Source: Thermoplasmata archaeon | GTDB taxonomy: Archaea > Thermoplasmatota > Thermoplasmata > Lutacidiplasmatales > UBA184 | Length of the DNA stretch: 64,000 bases | Reading direction: 5' to 3' | Assembly (NCBI GenBank): GCA_021796385.1 | Contig: JAJYXQ010000081.1 | Span: forward strand, 1,377-65,376 | Part shown: piece after piece, positions 50,942-60,807 of the stretch | Layout: each line of letters opens with the position of its first letter | Numbering within the stretch: position 1 is the stretch's first letter | The notes under the pieces: generated by a model | What the model was told of the DNA's origin: nothing | Database searches by the model: none | The model's input: the letters and a program-made list of their open reading frames with translations, nothing else | Program-made: the position numbers and the translations under genes

Positions 50942-51529
50942 ATGTCGATGCTCTTGGCGATCGAAGGGATTGACGGCTCGGGGAAGAGCACCCTCGCAAG
51001 GGGGCTTACGGCTGCACTCCGTCGCAGGGGTTGTCGGGTGGCCCTGGTGAGTGAGCCCTCCTCCGGAACGTTCGGTCGGCGGGCGCGTGCCTTCGGAGCA
51101 GACCGGCCCTTGTCCGCAGCCCTCTTCTTCACGATGGACAGAACTCTCGTGCGCCCTGCCCTGGAGCAAGCGCTACGCACCCATGACTTGGTCATTCAGG
51201 ACCGATCCTTCTACTCTACCTTGGCCTACCAGGGTGGACAGATTCCCCGGGCGCTCAGGCTGGAGCTCGGGCAGCTCGAAAGGGAGGTGGCCCGGGTGCC
51301 AGACCATGTCCTATTATTGCATGGGCCGGTGGACCTCGCGCTCCAAAGGGTACGGACCAGGTCCCGCACCGTTCATCCCCTAGAGAAACGCCGGCTGTTG
51401 GCGCGGGTGCAGGCAGAATACCTTGCCTTGGCCCGAAAGGAGCCTGCCCGCTTCACCCGGTTGCCGTTCGCCATGACCGGACCCGAGATATTGGAGCTGG
51501 CCCTGCGAGCGCTGGACCCATGGGTCTGA
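50942..51529 (+). CDS. tmk: Thymidylate kinase
   Basis: IEGIDGSGKST, SEP, LVIQDRSFYSTLAYQG, PDHVLLL. Confidence 0.92.
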   Translation: MSMLLAIEGIDGSGKSTLARGLTAALRRRGCRVALVSEPSSGTFGRRARAFGADRPLSAALFFTMDRTLVRPALEQALRTHDLVIQDRSFYSTLAYQGGQIPRALRLELGQLEREVARVPDHVLLLHGPVDLALQRVRTRSRTVHPLEKRRLLARVQAEYLALARKEPARFTRLPFAMTGPEILELALRALDPWV

Positions 51530-51571
51530 GCCTCGCAGCCCGTTGCTACCGCTCCTAACCTCCGAAACAAC

Positions 51572-51934
51572 TCACATGCCTTCCGGGATGTCTTGCCCAC
51601 GACGGCACCAATCAATCCAAACCATGTTGAACACGGCATTGCATCCCCCGGAGCGGATGGCCCGATAACCAAGCTCGAGGGCCGCCAAGATGAATGCCCC
51701 ATTCGACACGTACGTCTCCAGGCAAGCATGGGCATCGCATCCGCGCTCGGCCAGGTGCTTCAACCCATAGGAATCCCGCGCGTAGTTCATCCGGGCGACG
51801 GGACGGGCATGGACCTTGATCCACGTCTTAGCGGATTCCACCTGGTATCGGGGAGGGGGCTCCCCCCCAACGCCACCGACTCCTTCGAGGTCAACCTCGT
51901 CCGGACGGATCTCAATCGGTGCCAGTTCCGGCAT
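51572..51934 (-). CDS. Hypothetical protein with SYGLKH...YVSNGAFI motif (mobile-element-type family)
   Basis: SYGLKHLAER-x-YVSNGAFILAALELGY is a motif I recall from phage/plasmid hypothetical proteins; the gene sits in a gap between housekeeping genes. Confidence 0.6.
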   Translation of the reverse strand: MPELAPIEIRPDEVDLEGVGGVGGEPPPRYQVESAKTWIKVHARPVARMNYARDSYGLKHLAERGCDAHACLETYVSNGAFILAALELGYRAIRSGGCNAVFNMVWIDWCRRGQDIPEGM

Positions 51935-52222
51935 GGGCCCTCCGGTGGACCGGTATCTCGGTCACTATTATCTCGTTTCCTCTAAGGGATGGAATACCGG
52001 GGACTCTCGGGTGGGTATGTACGGTCACGCTGCGCGGGGACCGGAGGGAGTCTCGGGGCCCTGCGCATCTCGGTCCGATTGGGGACGGTCATGCGAAGAA
52101 TCTGATCTCCTTGCCCTTTCACCTTCTCTCCTCACTTGAGTTCTAAGAACGCGGAAGGAGGGAAGGGGTACCTACCCCCTCGCGGTGCCTTTATCAATCC
52201 CGCAGTTATTTGTCGGCATCTC

Positions 52223-54115
52223 ATGGTGGCGACCGGTTCCGCAGATGCACCCGCAAAGGATAGCGGGGCAGGACCTTGGCGAGTACGGGCCAAGAAGCTG
52301 AAGGACCAAGGCTCGTGGGACGACCTGATCCAATTGTCCACCGACCGGTTATCGAGAACCCCGGATGATCCCTTGGCAAGCGCCTACCAAGGATACGCCC
52401 TTGCCGGCAAGGGACAGAAGGAACAAGCCCTGACGGCCCTCGCCAAGGGGGCGGCGGAACCCAAGGAAGCCGTTCCGGTGTTGCTACTGCGAACCCGATT
52501 GTTGCAGGAGATGGGCCGGGGCTCGGAGGCTTCGAAGCTCCTCGACGAGGCGTTCCAACGTTCGCCGAACGACAGGAACATGGTGCTCGCCCTTGTGAAG
52601 GCTCAACTGGCGTCGGACGAACCGGGCGCCGCATTGCGGCTTACCCACCACCTCATCAGCACTTGGCCCGAGGACCCGGCCTCTTGGCGGGCCCTGCTCG
52701 AGACCGCCATGTCCGTGGGAAATTATCCCGAGGCCATCGAGGCGGCCGGCAAGGTGCTCGCCATGGACCCGGACGACAGCGTAGTCGCCCGATACCAGGC
52801 ACTAAGCCTCTCCAAGGTGGGCTATACCAAGGACGCCATCGTGGCGTTGCAGGGCCACCTTGAGACGCACCCGACCGACCGGGAAGGGTGGCACGACCTC
52901 GGGATCTTGCTCGTCCAAGACGGACAGAACGAGGAAGCCCTCCAAAGTTTCTCTCGGGCCAGGGACCTGGACCGAGATAACCCGGTCACCTTGCTCGCCA
53001 TTGGAACCTTGCTCCTCAAGATGGGGAGGCTCAAGGAGGCCGTCACCCACCTCAATGAGGCGGCTCGTTCGAATCCCAAGTCCTACGAGGCACATTTCAA
53101 CCTGGGCCATGCCCTTGAACGGAGCCAGAAGCTCCCTGAGGCCCTAGATGCATACTCCACAGCCATAGCTGCCAACGAAGCGTTCGTCCCAGCGTACCTT
53201 GCTCTGGGAACACTGCTTGCCAAGTTGGGACGCTTCCAAGAGGCCATCGCCCAGCTCGAGGCCGGTGCGGACCGAGACCCTCACAATGTCCCGCTCCTCT
53301 ACAACCTCGCCTGCGCCTACAGCGCGCAGGGAGATCACTACCGGGCGTACATGACCTTGAAACGATTGAACCACCACGAACCTTTCGATACGGAGGCCTG
53401 GGCCATGCGCGGGAAGGAACTCGCCCTTAGCCTCAATGTGGACGAGAAGAGCGTCCTTTCCTGGATTTCTCGTGGGGAGGAACTCTACGCCATGGGTTCT
53501 TTTGTGGAAGCGCACGAATGCTTCCGCCGCGCCCTCGACCTCGAACCCACCAATCCGGTGGCTAGACCCCGGAGGGCACAGACCTTGGCGGCGGTGTACA
53601 ACATCCCTCCCGATGACGGCGCGGCATGGTATCGGGTGGCCCGGATGCTCGTCGAACTCCGCCTGCTGTCCGACGCCATGGATGCGGTCTCTCTCCTCTT
53701 CGCCGTTCGCCCGCACGATCCGGATGGCCGGATCCTCGTGGGACGGGTGCTCGAATCCCTGAGTCGACACCAGCCCGCCCTGGGACAGGCGGACATTGCG
53801 CTCAAGCAGGACCCAAAACACACCGGCGCCCTCGCGCTCCGCGGGGAGTCGTTGCTCAAGCTCTCCCGCTACGAGGAAGCACTGGCCACTTGGGAGGAAC
53901 TGCTGAAGCTCACGCCGGACGATCCCACGGTGTTGACGTTCCGCGGGATCACCCTGTGCCGGCTGAAAAGGGGGTCCGAGGGCCTCGATTCTTTCGATGC
54001 TGCGATCGCCCTCGACCCGAGGCTGCGCGAGGCTTGGTACCAGAAGGGATTAGAGCTCGAAGCCCAGGGAAGATACGAACAGGCCCTCGAGGCCTTCACC
54101 CGGGGTTACCAGTAG
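52223..54115 (+). CDS. Tetratricopeptide-repeat protein
   Basis: About 15 TPR-like 34-aa units (WxxLG...G.YEEAL..F..A..LDP); ATG 52223 about 30 nt after TTTATCAA. Confidence 0.88.
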   Translation: MVATGSADAPAKDSGAGPWRVRAKKLKDQGSWDDLIQLSTDRLSRTPDDPLASAYQGYALAGKGQKEQALTALAKGAAEPKEAVPVLLLRTRLLQEMGRGSEASKLLDEAFQRSPNDRNMVLALVKAQLASDEPGAALRLTHHLISTWPEDPASWRALLETAMSVGNYPEAIEAAGKVLAMDPDDSVVARYQALSLSKVGYTKDAIVALQGHLETHPTDREGWHDLGILLVQDGQNEEALQSFSRARDLDRDNPVTLLAIGTLLLKMGRLKEAVTHLNEAARSNPKSYEAHFNLGHALERSQKLPEALDAYSTAIAANEAFVPAYLALGTLLAKLGRFQEAIAQLEAGADRDPHNVPLLYNLACAYSAQGDHYRAYMTLKRLNHHEPFDTEAWAMRGKELALSLNVDEKSVLSWISRGEELYAMGSFVEAHECFRRALDLEPTNPVARPRRAQTLAAVYNIPPDDGAAWYRVARMLVELRLLSDAMDAVSLLFAVRPHDPDGRILVGRVLESLSRHQPALGQADIALKQDPKHTGALALRGESLLKLSRYEEALATWEELLKLTPDDPTVLTFRGITLCRLKRGSEGLDSFDAAIALDPRLREAWYQKGLELEAQGRYEQALEAFTRGYQ

Positions 54116-54125
54116 GTGCACCCCC

Positions 54126-55040
54126 ATGGTGGCCCAGCGACGGGAACTACCCGGTTGGATCCGGGCACCACTGCCCAGCCGGGAATATTCGGACCTGCGG
54201 GAACTCATCCGCTCTAGCGGCCTTGCGACGGTCTGCCGGGAGGCCCACTGCCCGAACCTGACGGAATGCTGGTCTCGGGGCACGGCGACGATCATGCTGC
54301 TGGGGGAAACCTGCACGCGCCGGTGTGCCTTCTGTGCGGTGCAGACCGAAGATCGACACGGGATTATCGACGCAACCGAGCCTCTCCGGGTCGCCACCGC
54401 CATCCGGAACTCCGGCCTACAGTATGTGGTCCTCACCATGGTGGCGCGTGATGACCTCCCCGATCAGGGCGCGGCCCCGCTATGCGACACCTTGGAGCGG
54501 ATCCGGGAAGTGGCCCCGGGCGTCGGGATCGAACTGCTGACAAGCGATCTGGGAGGTTCGCTATCCTCGGTGGACCGGGTCATCCGGTGCCGGCCGGAGG
54601 TCTTCGCCCACAACCTCGAGACCGTTCGCCGATTGACCCCGGAAGTGCGGGACCCCCGCGCCTCATACGAGCGCTCCCTCCGGGTGCTCGAGCACGCCAA
54701 GGCAGCGGGCCCGGAAGGACTGGTCACCAAATCCTCGCTTATGCTCGGGCTGGGTGAAACCCGGGAGGAACTGCGGGGGGCCATGCAGGACCTGCGCGGG
54801 GTGGGGGTTGATATCCTCACCCTCGGCCAGTACCTCCGCCCCGGAGGAGAAGGGTTCTATGACGTGACCCGCTATGTGCCACCCTCCGAGTTCGGAGAGC
54901 TTGCCATCGAGGCGAGAGCTCTCGGGTTCCTGGGGGTCGCCTCCGGCCCTCTCGTCCGCTCCTCCTACATGGCGGGGGAACTGTACTGGAAGGCCCGGCA
55001 CCGGGGAGGCCGGGGACCAGCCGGGGCCGAGGCCATATAG
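54126..55040 (+). CDS. lipA: Lipoyl synthase
   Basis: CREAHCPNLTEC (Cx4Cx5C), CTRRCAFC (radical SAM), HNLETV, GQYLRP, RSSY. Confidence 0.96.
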   Translation: MVAQRRELPGWIRAPLPSREYSDLRELIRSSGLATVCREAHCPNLTECWSRGTATIMLLGETCTRRCAFCAVQTEDRHGIIDATEPLRVATAIRNSGLQYVVLTMVARDDLPDQGAAPLCDTLERIREVAPGVGIELLTSDLGGSLSSVDRVIRCRPEVFAHNLETVRRLTPEVRDPRASYERSLRVLEHAKAAGPEGLVTKSSLMLGLGETREELRGAMQDLRGVGVDILTLGQYLRPGGEGFYDVTRYVPPSEFGELAIEARALGFLGVASGPLVRSSYMAGELYWKARHRGGRGPAGAEAI

Positions 55041-55078
55041 CCCCTCGCTTCACACCTACGCTAGAACCAAGGGGGACC

Positions 55079-55462
55079 ATGGCGAAGAAGGTCAAGAAGA
55101 AGATCGAGGAAGATGACCAGTACAAGGCCTTCGCCTTCCCCGAGTTCGATGTCCGCGGCTTCATCCACCATGAACTCGAACAGACTTCAGCCACCGCCTT
55201 TGCGATCTTCTTATCCATCGGTGTTGCGCTCGTCTCATGGTACCTCACGAGCTATGGGGAAGCCATCAATCTCACGACCTCCCTCGCCGTGGTGTCTGCG
55301 GTCATCGGAATCATCGGGGCGGTGGTCCTGCCCCTCCTCATCCGCTTCTTCCGGGAGAAGGCGGGAGAGTACCGGACGGGGGATTGGGCGACGTTGATCG
55401 CGATCTATGTGTTCCTATGGCTCGGTCTCTGGTCGCTGCTCCTCAACCTCGGCACGGCGTGA
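55079..55462 (+). CDS. Hypothetical membrane protein (three TMs)
   Basis: GGGGA RBS, charged N-terminus (F.FPEFD) followed by three hydrophobic helices. Confidence 0.7.
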   Translation: MAKKVKKKIEEDDQYKAFAFPEFDVRGFIHHELEQTSATAFAIFLSIGVALVSWYLTSYGEAINLTTSLAVVSAVIGIIGAVVLPLLIRFFREKAGEYRTGDWATLIAIYVFLWLGLWSLLLNLGTA

Positions 55463-56881
55463 ACTTCCCTGCACCCACGGGAGGCCCTTTCGCCAGAGAC
55501 CCCGGAGCGCCCCGGCCACGGGCGGGTCGTCAAAGACCTCTTCGAGGAGCACGACTTGGCCCTCCTTCTCGATCACGGGACGCAGGTCGCGGCCCATCGC
55601 CAGATGTGGGAGTAGACGACGGACCCTTTCTATAAGTCCCCGGTCTTCCTCCTCGACCTCCACCATGAGCCGACCATCCTCCGACACGTACGGCCCGGCG
55701 ATCACCGGGATCTTTCCCCACCGTTCAAGGAAGGCATGGGTGTTCCCCACGCCTATGGGGGGCCCCTCATGGACTCGGACGGGACCTATAGTGGCCTCGC
55801 GACACTCGACCAAGATCACGGCCTGGTCGTCCTTGACTGCGGAACTTGTGCCCAGCACTCCAAACCCGCCCTCGGCGAGACGGCTCGAGAGCGACCGCTC
55901 AGAACGACGTAGCTGCGGGACCAGGACATCCGGGACCAGACCCGGAACCGGGAACCGGAGCGCTGCCACGGTCGAACCCCGGCGGGTCAGCATCTCTCGG
56001 GCCTCCTCCCTCGAAAAGGATGGTGGCAAGTTCGGGAAGAAGAAGTCCCGGGTGGGGTAGAGGAGGTATTCCCGGCTCGCCAAGATGAACAAGGCCAAGT
56101 TGCGGGACGATACCGCGGCCGCCACGTTGCGATGTGGGTCCACGGGGTCCGCAAGGACCAGGGCGGCAGTGGTTTCGGCCGCAGGCTCGGACCCGGCGGG
56201 CGCAAGCCGCATGGGCACGGTCCATCGGGAAGCTTCCGACAGCACCTTGCCGAACGAACCAGCCCGGAGGACGAGTAACTCCGTAAGGTATCCGCTGAAC
56301 CCTTCTGTGGCCACTTCGGCGCCATAGACCCGGATACCCTTGAGGAACTGCTTGAGCAAACGGACCTGTCCCCGGGTCTCCAAAGTATGTTGCTGGAGAA
56401 GATACTCCTGATGGAATGGGGTACGGTCCACCGCGGTCATCGGGTGGGCGCCATCGGAGACCGCATAGCCCGGGACCACCTCACAAGGGAACTCTCCGAA
56501 CGTGCCCCTCAGATACGGATGCTCGGCGTACTTCTTTTGAGGGTTTGTGAGGACGGCTGCCCCAAGCCGCAACCCCATCTCCACGAGGTCCTCCCGGTGC
56601 ACCTCCGGCGGAAAGAGCACGAACAGGTCGATGTCGAAGTTCCCCGGGAGGTACGTCCCCCGGGCCGCGCTGCCAGCGACCAGGACGCGTACCGGAGGGA
56701 AATGAAGGGAACGCGCTGTCCGCTCTACCGCCGCCACGGCTTCCCGCATGACCGCCCCAAGCCGGTCGGCGAGCGAGTCGGGCGGCGTGAGCTCCTTCAG
56801 AAGGGCTCCCTCGAGCGCTTCCCGGTGCGTTCCTTCGTCGGGCGAAGCGCTCGTCCCCGATGACACCGTCCTGCGGGCCAC
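55415..56881 (-). CDS. cca: Archaeal class I CCA-adding enzyme
   Basis: GSAARGTYLPGNFDIDLF, YAEHPY, VDRTPFH, VYGAE...EGFSGYLTELL, DPVDPHRNVAAA. Confidence 0.95.
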   Translation of the reverse strand: MARRTVSSGTSASPDEGTHREALEGALLKELTPPDSLADRLGAVMREAVAAVERTARSLHFPPVRVLVAGSAARGTYLPGNFDIDLFVLFPPEVHREDLVEMGLRLGAAVLTNPQKKYAEHPYLRGTFGEFPCEVVPGYAVSDGAHPMTAVDRTPFHQEYLLQQHTLETRGQVRLLKQFLKGIRVYGAEVATEGFSGYLTELLVLRAGSFGKVLSEASRWTVPMRLAPAGSEPAAETTAALVLADPVDPHRNVAAAVSSRNLALFILASREYLLYPTRDFFFPNLPPSFSREEAREMLTRRGSTVAALRFPVPGLVPDVLVPQLRRSERSLSSRLAEGGFGVLGTSSAVKDDQAVILVECREATIGPVRVHEGPPIGVGNTHAFLERWGKIPVIAGPYVSEDGRLMVEVEEEDRGLIERVRRLLPHLAMGRDLRPVIEKEGQVVLLEEVFDDPPVAGALRGLWRKGLPWVQGSSRRAEVEEQRPETEP

Positions 56882-56944
56882 GGTCCGAGGGGATGGGACC
56901 GTTTAGATAGCATTTGGCCTGGAACGGGGAGGCGGCGCTCCTGG

Positions 56945-56958
56945 GGAAAAGTATATAA
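56945..56958 (+). promoter_or_regulatory. BRE-TATA promoter of tfb
   Basis: GGAAAA then TATATAA about 26-32 nt before ATG 56984. Confidence 0.65.
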
Positions 56959-56983
56959 GCTTATAGGGACTCATTGGCTTGCT

Positions 56984-58006
56984 ATGCGAGAAGATGTAGG
57001 TACCTCGCTCCCCGAGGGACGGACCCCGGATGCAGGTGGTACGGTATCCAAGAAGGGCGCAAAAAACCATTGCCCGGAATGCGGTTCGCTCCATCTCATG
57101 CGGGACGAAGTACGCGGAGAGATCGTCTGCGGGGACTGCGGACTCGTCATCGATGAAAGCACCCTCGTGAGCGATTTCGGCCGACGCACGGGAAAGGACG
57201 AGAATTCCATGGAAGGCCGGGGGTACGGCCCCGCCGTCAACCCGCTCATGCCCGAAAAAGGGTTCTCGAGCGAGATCGGTCTGCCCACGCGCGATTTCCA
57301 GGGTAACTCGCTCTCCCGAGACACCTCGCTCAAGTTCTACCACCTCCGGAAACTCAACCACCGCCTCCGCCTTGGCCGGACCCACCAACGCAACATGGTG
57401 GTCGCCCTGGGCGAGATCAACCGCCTCGTGAGCGTCCTCGGACTCTCCCGGGAGATCAAGGAATCCGCCACCTACATCTATCGCCGGGCGCTCGAGTACA
57501 AGGCGACCCGGGGAAAGAAGATCGTCGCATTTGCGGCGGCCAGCGTTTACGCGGCTTGCCGGCAGTGCCATGTGCCGCGGACGATGAAGGAGATCACGAT
57601 GCACTCGAAGGCCACCAAGATCGAGGTGGGCCGCGCGTACACGCTCCTCGCTCGGGAGCTCAAGATCGGGCTCCGCCCTCTCGAACCGCGCGATTACCTC
57701 GTGCGCTTCACCCAAGAGCTCAACCTCTCCCGGCCCGTCCGACAAAAGGTGCTCGAGCTCCTCGAACAGGTCGAGAAGGTCTATTCGACGAGCGGGGTCC
57801 TCCCGAACGGGATCCTCGCCACGATCATCTACATCGCCTCGAACCTGATGGGCGAGCCCCGCAGCCAAGACCGCATCGCCTCGGTCGCCAACGTGACCCC
57901 CGTCACGATCCGCAACCACTACAAGGAGCTCTTGGACGCGTTGGGCCTCCCGAAGGATCTGGCGAACCCGGTCACCAAGAACAAGGTTCCCGTCCCCGCC
58001 AAGTAG
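56984..58006 (+). CDS. tfb: Transcription initiation factor IIB (divergent TFB paralog)
   Basis: Zn ribbon CPECGS...CGDCG, two cyclin folds, AASVYAACR, SQDRIASVANVTPVTIRNHYKEL. Confidence 0.93.
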   Translation: MREDVGTSLPEGRTPDAGGTVSKKGAKNHCPECGSLHLMRDEVRGEIVCGDCGLVIDESTLVSDFGRRTGKDENSMEGRGYGPAVNPLMPEKGFSSEIGLPTRDFQGNSLSRDTSLKFYHLRKLNHRLRLGRTHQRNMVVALGEINRLVSVLGLSREIKESATYIYRRALEYKATRGKKIVAFAAASVYAACRQCHVPRTMKEITMHSKATKIEVGRAYTLLARELKIGLRPLEPRDYLVRFTQELNLSRPVRQKVLELLEQVEKVYSTSGVLPNGILATIIYIASNLMGEPRSQDRIASVANVTPVTIRNHYKELLDALGLPKDLANPVTKNKVPVPAK

Positions 58007-58020
58007 CGAGGGGTGCTCCG

Positions 58021-58827
58021 GTGCCCCGGCGGGAACTCTCCTACTCGAGCTTCCACACGTACGAGGAGTGCCCCCAACGGTGGAAGTACCTCTACGTAGA
58101 CGGCCTCAAGGAGGCGGACCGATCGTACTTTTCGTTTGGCCGCTCTATGCATCTCACGCTGGAGGCCTTTGTGGGCCCGCTCACGAGCCCGCACCGGTTG
58201 CGCCGGAACGGCCAGCTCACGATCTTCGATTTCGGGGGCCATTCCCCCCGGACGGATCCGATGTCCCTGGACGAGCTCCTCGCCCGCTACCGGGAACTCT
58301 GGATTCGGGATGGGTATTCGAACGCCGACGAAGAGCACAAGTATTTCCTGATTGGGACGGACCTCCTGAAGCGCTTCCACTCCCAATTCGTCTCCTCTCG
58401 TCCAGTGACGGTCGCGGTCGAGCGTGACCTCAGTGGCCGGATGGGGAATGTGCCGATCCATGGCATCGTCGATCGGATCGACCTCCGAGAAGGCCGCGGG
58501 CTTGAGGTGCTCGACTACAAGACTTCACGGGAACTGTCGCTCGAGGACGCCCGTACCTCAGACCAACTCACCTTCTACCAAGTGCTTGTCCAGCAGAACT
58601 ATTCGGAACCGGTTGAGGCGCTCACGCTCTATCACCTGCGATCCCTCCGACCGCTCTCGGCTCCGCCCCGGGATGCGAAGGTGGTGGAGGGTCTTGCGAC
58701 CCGGGCGGGGGTGGTCGCCGATGCCATCCGGGGGGAGCGGTTTGAACCCCACCCCGGACCGGTATGTCGTCGATGCGAGTTCCGTCCACAGTGCCCCGCA
58801 TTCGGTGGGCGGTCCACTAGCGCCTGA
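58021..58827 (+). CDS. PD-(D/E)XK nuclease (RecB/Cas4-like, PDDEXK_1) with four-Cys Fe-S staple
   Basis: LSYSSFHTYEECP, GRSMH, HGIVDRID, VLDYKT, QLTFY, CRRCEFRPQCP; GTG start at 58021. Confidence 0.88.
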   Translation: MPRRELSYSSFHTYEECPQRWKYLYVDGLKEADRSYFSFGRSMHLTLEAFVGPLTSPHRLRRNGQLTIFDFGGHSPRTDPMSLDELLARYRELWIRDGYSNADEEHKYFLIGTDLLKRFHSQFVSSRPVTVAVERDLSGRMGNVPIHGIVDRIDLREGRGLEVLDYKTSRELSLEDARTSDQLTFYQVLVQQNYSEPVEALTLYHLRSLRPLSAPPRDAKVVEGLATRAGVVADAIRGERFEPHPGPVCRRCEFRPQCPAFGGRSTSA

Positions 58828-58857
58828 ATCCTGCCGGGAAGACTCCTGGAGATGATC

Positions 58858-59532
58858 CTAAGACTTCATCTCGGGTGTGACCAGCTCGGGGGGCAGGACT
58901 CCGACCAGAAGAAGCCGCCCAGCCTGAGTCAGCTGGATGCCGAGCCGCCCTTGCACCCCCCGGACCACCTCGACCAAGGAGAGGGGGGCAAGGCCCTTGG
59001 TTCCGCGTCCGCCGCGGATGTGGTAGGAGAGGAGGGTTTTGTCCATCCCGGTAGACTGGGTGAGCTCATCGAGGGAACCGACCTGCCCCCCCGTCTTCTC
59101 CAGAGCCTGCAGGATCGAGATCTTGGCCTCGCTCACCAGTTCCGAGTAGGAGAACTTGAGCACGGGGAGGGCAATCAACCGATCCTCCATCACATCGATG
59201 GCGCGGATTCCGTTCACAAAAGCCGCGGCCAACAATGAGCAGGTCATCATGCGTGGGCCGCTCCCAGTGTTCACGATGATCTCGTCGAACTTGCCCCGCT
59301 CCGACCGTACCAGTTCGGACACGATCCGAAGGCATCCGAGAAGGGGTTCCCCCTCGATCCTGCGGACCGAGACTTCGAGCTTGATGAGTCCCGCCTTCCG
59401 GGCGACCTCGTGCGCGGCTTCTGCGAAGGGCGGTGTGTGAAGCAAAACCAGCTTGGTGATGGGAAAGGCGCGCACACCTACGAAGACCGCATCAGGAATC
59501 TCTCCTACGGTGGCAATCTGCAGTACTTTCAT
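58858..59532 (-). CDS. CARF-like + winged-HTH transcriptional regulator (HFX_2341/DUF6293-like), intact copy
   Basis: Rossmann-like N-domain with IIVNTGSGPR, then LPVLK linker and wHTH (SLDELTQ...KTLLSYHI); GGAGG RBS before ATG 59532 (59562 alternative). Confidence 0.8.
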   Translation of the reverse strand: MKVLQIATVGEIPDAVFVGVRAFPITKLVLLHTPPFAEAAHEVARKAGLIKLEVSVRRIEGEPLLGCLRIVSELVRSERGKFDEIIVNTGSGPRMMTCSLLAAAFVNGIRAIDVMEDRLIALPVLKFSYSELVSEAKISILQALEKTGGQVGSLDELTQSTGMDKTLLSYHIRGGRGTKGLAPLSLVEVVRGVQGRLGIQLTQAGRLLLVGVLPPELVTPEMKS

Positions 59533-59628
59533 TGATCCACCCTCCGGGTGTCCAAATGTCATCCCGATGCAAAGGAGGTAGTTCAGGCATATAACTTGGG
59601 GGAGGTCCCCTGCTTTGTTGAATGAATC

Positions 59629-59937
59629 CTAGGCGACGGGTGCTTGGAGGACCTTCCACTCCTTCGTCTTTGGTAGGACGTCCCACACAGCGACCATGGC
59701 CCCATGACTCCTTAGGAACTGGAGCACCTTGCGGGCATCCGCCTTCCGGACCATGAACACTCCATTCGCATACCGAATGCTCTGTACTTTGTCCAAGACC
59801 CCTTTGATCTGGGTGTGATAGCGTCCATAGTGCGAACAGTTCCGGTATCCGTAGAGTTCCCGGTAGAACTTGGAGACCTCCCCCGGAGTTCGTCCCTTGG
59901 TCTTCATGGTGAAGGCGATGAGCGATGCGGTGCGCAT
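59629..59937 (-). CDS. Small basic hypothetical protein (passenger; possible Cas2/VapD-like ferredoxin fold)
   Basis: FYRELYGY...HYGRY...GVL..V pattern; own TTATAT box at 59960-59965; stop abuts the left TIR. Confidence 0.7.
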   Translation of the reverse strand: MRTASLIAFTMKTKGRTPGEVSKFYRELYGYRNCSHYGRYHTQIKGVLDKVQSIRYANGVFMVRKADARKVLQFLRSHGAMVAVWDVLPKTKEWKVLQAPVA

Positions 59938-60002
59938 GGGTGGACTGTCATGGCGAAGGATATAAGTGTGTGACTGCCTTATAGGGCCGTCATAAACGCC
60001 CG

Positions 60003-60807
60003 TTGGGGAAGCCCTACCATGACCATCGGAACTGGCCCGCATACAACGGATCCCTCGTCCTCCGCGGCGAGTTCTACTTGGACCTGAGCCCCTTCCGGGA
60101 CTGGGAGAAGGAGCGGGAGGCCATGAACTGGCACAAGCGCGGGGGCCAGTTCCTCTTCCGTGAGTCCTTCGTGCGGTGGCTGGTGATCGGGAAGCAACTG
60201 GTAGACTACCGGGGACTGGAGGGGGTTACCCGGCAACTCGCCCAGCTCGGTCTCATCCCCCTCGCCCCGGATTACTCCACCTTCTAGCACCGCATCCACG
60301 CACTACGTCCCCCCTGCGGACACCGGACTACCATGACTTGGAACTGGGATCGGACGGGACGGGGCTGAAGACCTCCAATGCCGGGGAATACCGGATCTTC
60401 CGCTACGGGGACCCAGACGCGAGGCAGAAAAACATCTAGTGGTCGTGATCACGGCGGATGTGCGGCACTAGAAGCTGCTGGGGATCGAGGTGCACATCGA
60501 GGGGAAGGGACATTCCGAGACGCGGACGGCGGCCAGCCATGTACGGGAAGTGGCCCAGAAGGGGTATCGGGTGCGGAAGTTCTACGGCGATGGGGCCCTC
60601 GACACGGCGGAGATGTTCGACACCTTGCACAGGACGGGGACGGAGCCAGTGATCAAAATCCGGAAGAACGCATAGTCCTACTACCGCCACAGTCCTGGGG
60701 GAAGCAAGTATCGGAGGAGGGATGTGAAGGCATATCGGAAGCAAGGGTATAGGGCGTGGGCAGAGCAGAAACACTACGGGTTGCGGTGGCCAGGGACAGA
60801 AGGGATA
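60003..60807 (+). pseudogene. IS903-group DDE transposase pseudogene
   Basis: RNWPAYNGSLVLRG, PDYST, SDGTGLK, FYGDGALD, YGLRWPGTEG; three in-frame TAGs, two homopolymer frameshifts, truncated C-terminus. Confidence 0.85.

Noticed and set aside
56903-57919. 338-aa antisense ORF over tfb (likewise 411-1055, 2441-3319, 8472-9302, 61635-62438)
   Set aside because: Shadow ORFs typical of high-GC coding DNA, lying opposite well-supported genes, with no recognisable motifs.
57556-58020. Long N-terminal extension of the PD-(D/E)XK ORF
   Set aside because: It overlaps tfb out of frame with low-complexity Arg/Pro translation; the family motif begins right after GTG 58021.
60003-60807. Three in-frame TAG codons in the IS903-type transposase, suggesting amber (pyrrolysine) read-through
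   Set aside because: The same gene has two homopolymer frameshifts and a truncated C-terminus, and TAG ends many ordinary genes here. It is a pseudogene.
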